A DNA stretch of 63,829 nucleotides, filler included, from Perkinsus chesapeaki ATCC PRA-425 (lineage: Eukaryota > Protista > Perkinsozoa), in NCBI GenBank assembly GCA_013115145.1. It is 15 parts of 15 records of this genome, joined end to end, with 100 filler letters (N's around TTAATTAATTAA, not from the genome) between each part and the next. Parts side by side here need not be neighbours in the genome. Positions count along the whole stretch, not along the records: positions 62,701 to 63,829 come from JAAPAO010002177.1; 14 more parts are not named here. One strand, 5' to 3'. A model generated the notes under the pieces. That model saw only the letters and a list, made by a program, of their open reading frames with translations. It had not been told where the DNA came from and did not search any database. Below, piece by piece: positions 62,601 through 63,829 of the stretch; the first letter of the stretch is position 1; the number at the start of each line of letters is the position of its first letter. The position numbers and the translations under genes are program-made.

Positions 62601-63829
62601 NNNNNNNNNNNNNNNNNNNNNNNNNNNNNNNNNNNNNNNNNNNNTTAATTAATTAANNNNNNNNNNNNNNNNNNNNNNNNNNNNNNNNNNNNNNNNNNNN
62701 GAAGAGAAACGCCTGCTGCTTGCGGTAGCTCGTTCAATGCAGACTGCGGTGGGACTTTGGGAACTTCTACTTGTCCTGAAATAGAAAAAATACGGTCGGA
62801 CTCGGCGAGGTGCTCGCCACAATGAGACAAGGGGAAAATCCACGTCAATTTATGCAAGTTATGCGAACGGAAGTTCGACACTACTGTGCATAGATGCTGA
62901 TACTGTGCATAGAACCAGCCTTTATGCAAGTGGTGAATTTTCTCGCGATAGCAAACGTCGCGCCAAGCGTACCCCCGGTACCAACGGGCGGTATCCTACT
63001 TCCACTTCGCCTTTCAATTAAATGCCTTGTCTCGCGGTCGTCTGGGGGAGGAATCAAAACCAAGTCTGTAACCAAAGTCGTGCCCAATGTGCCACCTGGC
63101 GGCGATCTCTCCAGTACTGAAGCTGGAACAGTGCCTGGGTATACCTCGGAAAAAAACGGAATCCGAGGCGGAACTGGACCCCCAAAGCAGCAGCCTTACC
63201 GCATCGCTTAATCTAGTTCTCACGCTTCTCTGATGAGTTGGGGGTGTATGCAGCTCAGTTTGGGAAGAGTGTGATACAGGCACCTCGAAAGGAAAGGATA
63301 GTGAGTGGATTCCAGACTAGTAGCCTTACCACATCATCTAAATTGGTCTTCATGCTCGTCAGACTTTGCTGGGATGGTTGCAGAACAGTATGGCAAGACT
63401 GTGGTGTTTTCACCTAGAGATATCGTTGCGGATGGGGTTGAGACTAATGACCTTACCGTAGCCCCCGAACGCGTCCTACTTGTCTGAGATTGTACCGATG
63501 GACAAACTAAAGTATGAGAAGCACGCGTGACAGGTACCTAGACAAAGAGTAGCATATGCGGTTTGGTTTAGCAGGCTTACCGTGTCGCCTGAACTGGCCA
63601 TCATGTTCTTCTTAGTTTGTAGGGATTGAGCCAGCAAAGGACGAGATGGTGGCGATGCAGGTATCTAAGTAGTAAATGTGCAATGCAGCATGTATCCCAG
63701 CATATTACCTGTGCGTGGTCTTGAGTCTCATTATTGTCATTTTTCGGCGTGCAATTCTCATCTTCGCGCTCGCTCGTACGCATCACCATAGTCCAGTCCA
63801 GGTCATCATCGAAAGCACATCTGTTCTCC

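Noticed and set aside
62701-63829. Overlapping ORFs with VP.VPP / GGTLG repeats
   Set aside because: No recognisable domain or consistent gene model on either strand.

Overview
Eukaryotic draft assembly, not a contiguous locus. About 15 short contigs are joined by artificial 100-bp spacers (44N-TTAATTAATTAA-44N), plus one plain N gap at 56141-56237. The RPS5 sequence and the dense short GT-AG introns point to an alveolate protist, most likely Perkinsus-like (inference). Reconstructed host genes: 4-exon RPS5, a CCCH-zinc-finger/WD40 gene, two complete 6-exon GNAT acetyltransferases with signal peptides, two 8-Cys secreted peptides, partial protein kinase and phospholipase B-like genes, a large multi-exon coiled-coil gene and two pairs of unrecognised paralogs. 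Mobile DNA: three Ty3/Gypsy fragments, a DIRS-order tyrosine-recombinase retrotransposon with split direct repeats, an IS630/Tc1-like transposase and MULE pieces. The first contig is extremely AT-rich and may be organellar. Most notable: (1) an 80-nt intron made almost entirely of an antisense tRNA-like element; (2) recurrent, often chained palindromes centred on a single nucleotide; (3) GNAT enzymes fused to signal peptides; (4) defensin-like peptides. All gene models and counts were done by eye.
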